Assembly (NCBI GenBank): GCA_902385655.1
Contig: CABMGO010000005.1
Location: 248,693-312,692 of the forward strand
Length of the DNA: 64,000 bases
DNA from: an uncultured archaeon
GTDB taxonomy: Archaea; Nanobdellota; Nanobdellia; Pacearchaeales; GW2011-AR1
Reading direction: 5' to 3'
The notes below the pieces were generated by a model. The model did no database searches. It saw only the letters and a list, made by a program, of their open reading frames with translations, and was not told where the DNA came from. The number at the start of each line of letters is the position of its first letter. The first letter of the stretch is position 1. The translations under genes and the position numbers were made by a program. Positions 63,893 to 64,000 of this stretch are shown here, piece by piece.

Positions 63893-64000
63893 ATGGGAGT
63901 CGCACTTTTTCAAGTAAAATTAATGCCAGAAAGTCCAGAAATCAATAGAGTTTCTTTAGCTGAAGAAGCAAAGGAAACTGTAGAAGATCTTGGAGCAACA
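63893..64000 (+). CDS. elongation factor 1-beta, truncated by window end
   Basis: MGVALFQVKLMPESPEINRVSLAEEAKETVEDLGAT. Confidence 0.75.
   Translation, partial: MGVALFQVKLMPESPEINRVSLAEEAKETVEDLGAT

Overview
AT-rich archaeal chromosomal segment. Information-processing genes: S17e, S8e, L44e, S3Ae/S1e, S6e, S15, S27e, TFB, Lsm, eIF2 alpha and gamma, Nop10, SRP54, FtsY, GINS, RPA, RadA, PriS-like primase, RecJ/DHH, EndA, GlyRS, RNase Z and Bud32. The small compact genes, the large exported proteins and the minimal primase suggest a DPANN-type archaeon (inference, not proven). It also carries a copper-handling cluster, an IscS/IscU pair, two or three blocks of pilin-like/exported proteins, seven tRNA genes (Met and Thr with introns), and a ~6.1 kb integrase-encoding element in the 3' end of tRNA-Thr. 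The most striking content is non-genic: at least six families of short structured interspersed repeats. (1) R5, a long covarying hairpin (GAGCA-N-CGCTTTGA...GAAATGCA-N-TGCGAG). Next to tRNA-Leu, -Val, -Thr, -Gln, -Cys and -Arg(GCG) it sits INSIDE duplicated 3' fragments of that same tRNA, splitting a copied T-arm. (2) R1, a 30-bp double-hairpin carried in frame in several unrelated proteins (peptide EAQQSHPLGK) and, on the other strand, in a small ORF (PQGITLLGV). (3) R6, a hairpin repeat placed directly at start codons and encoding small translationally coupled ORFs. (4) R2, R3 and R4, structured intergenic repeats with compensatory changes. Two strong candidate non-coding RNAs are also present (about 6.57-6.69 kb and 18.86-19.08 kb). 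All calls are by eye; no searches or folding were run.
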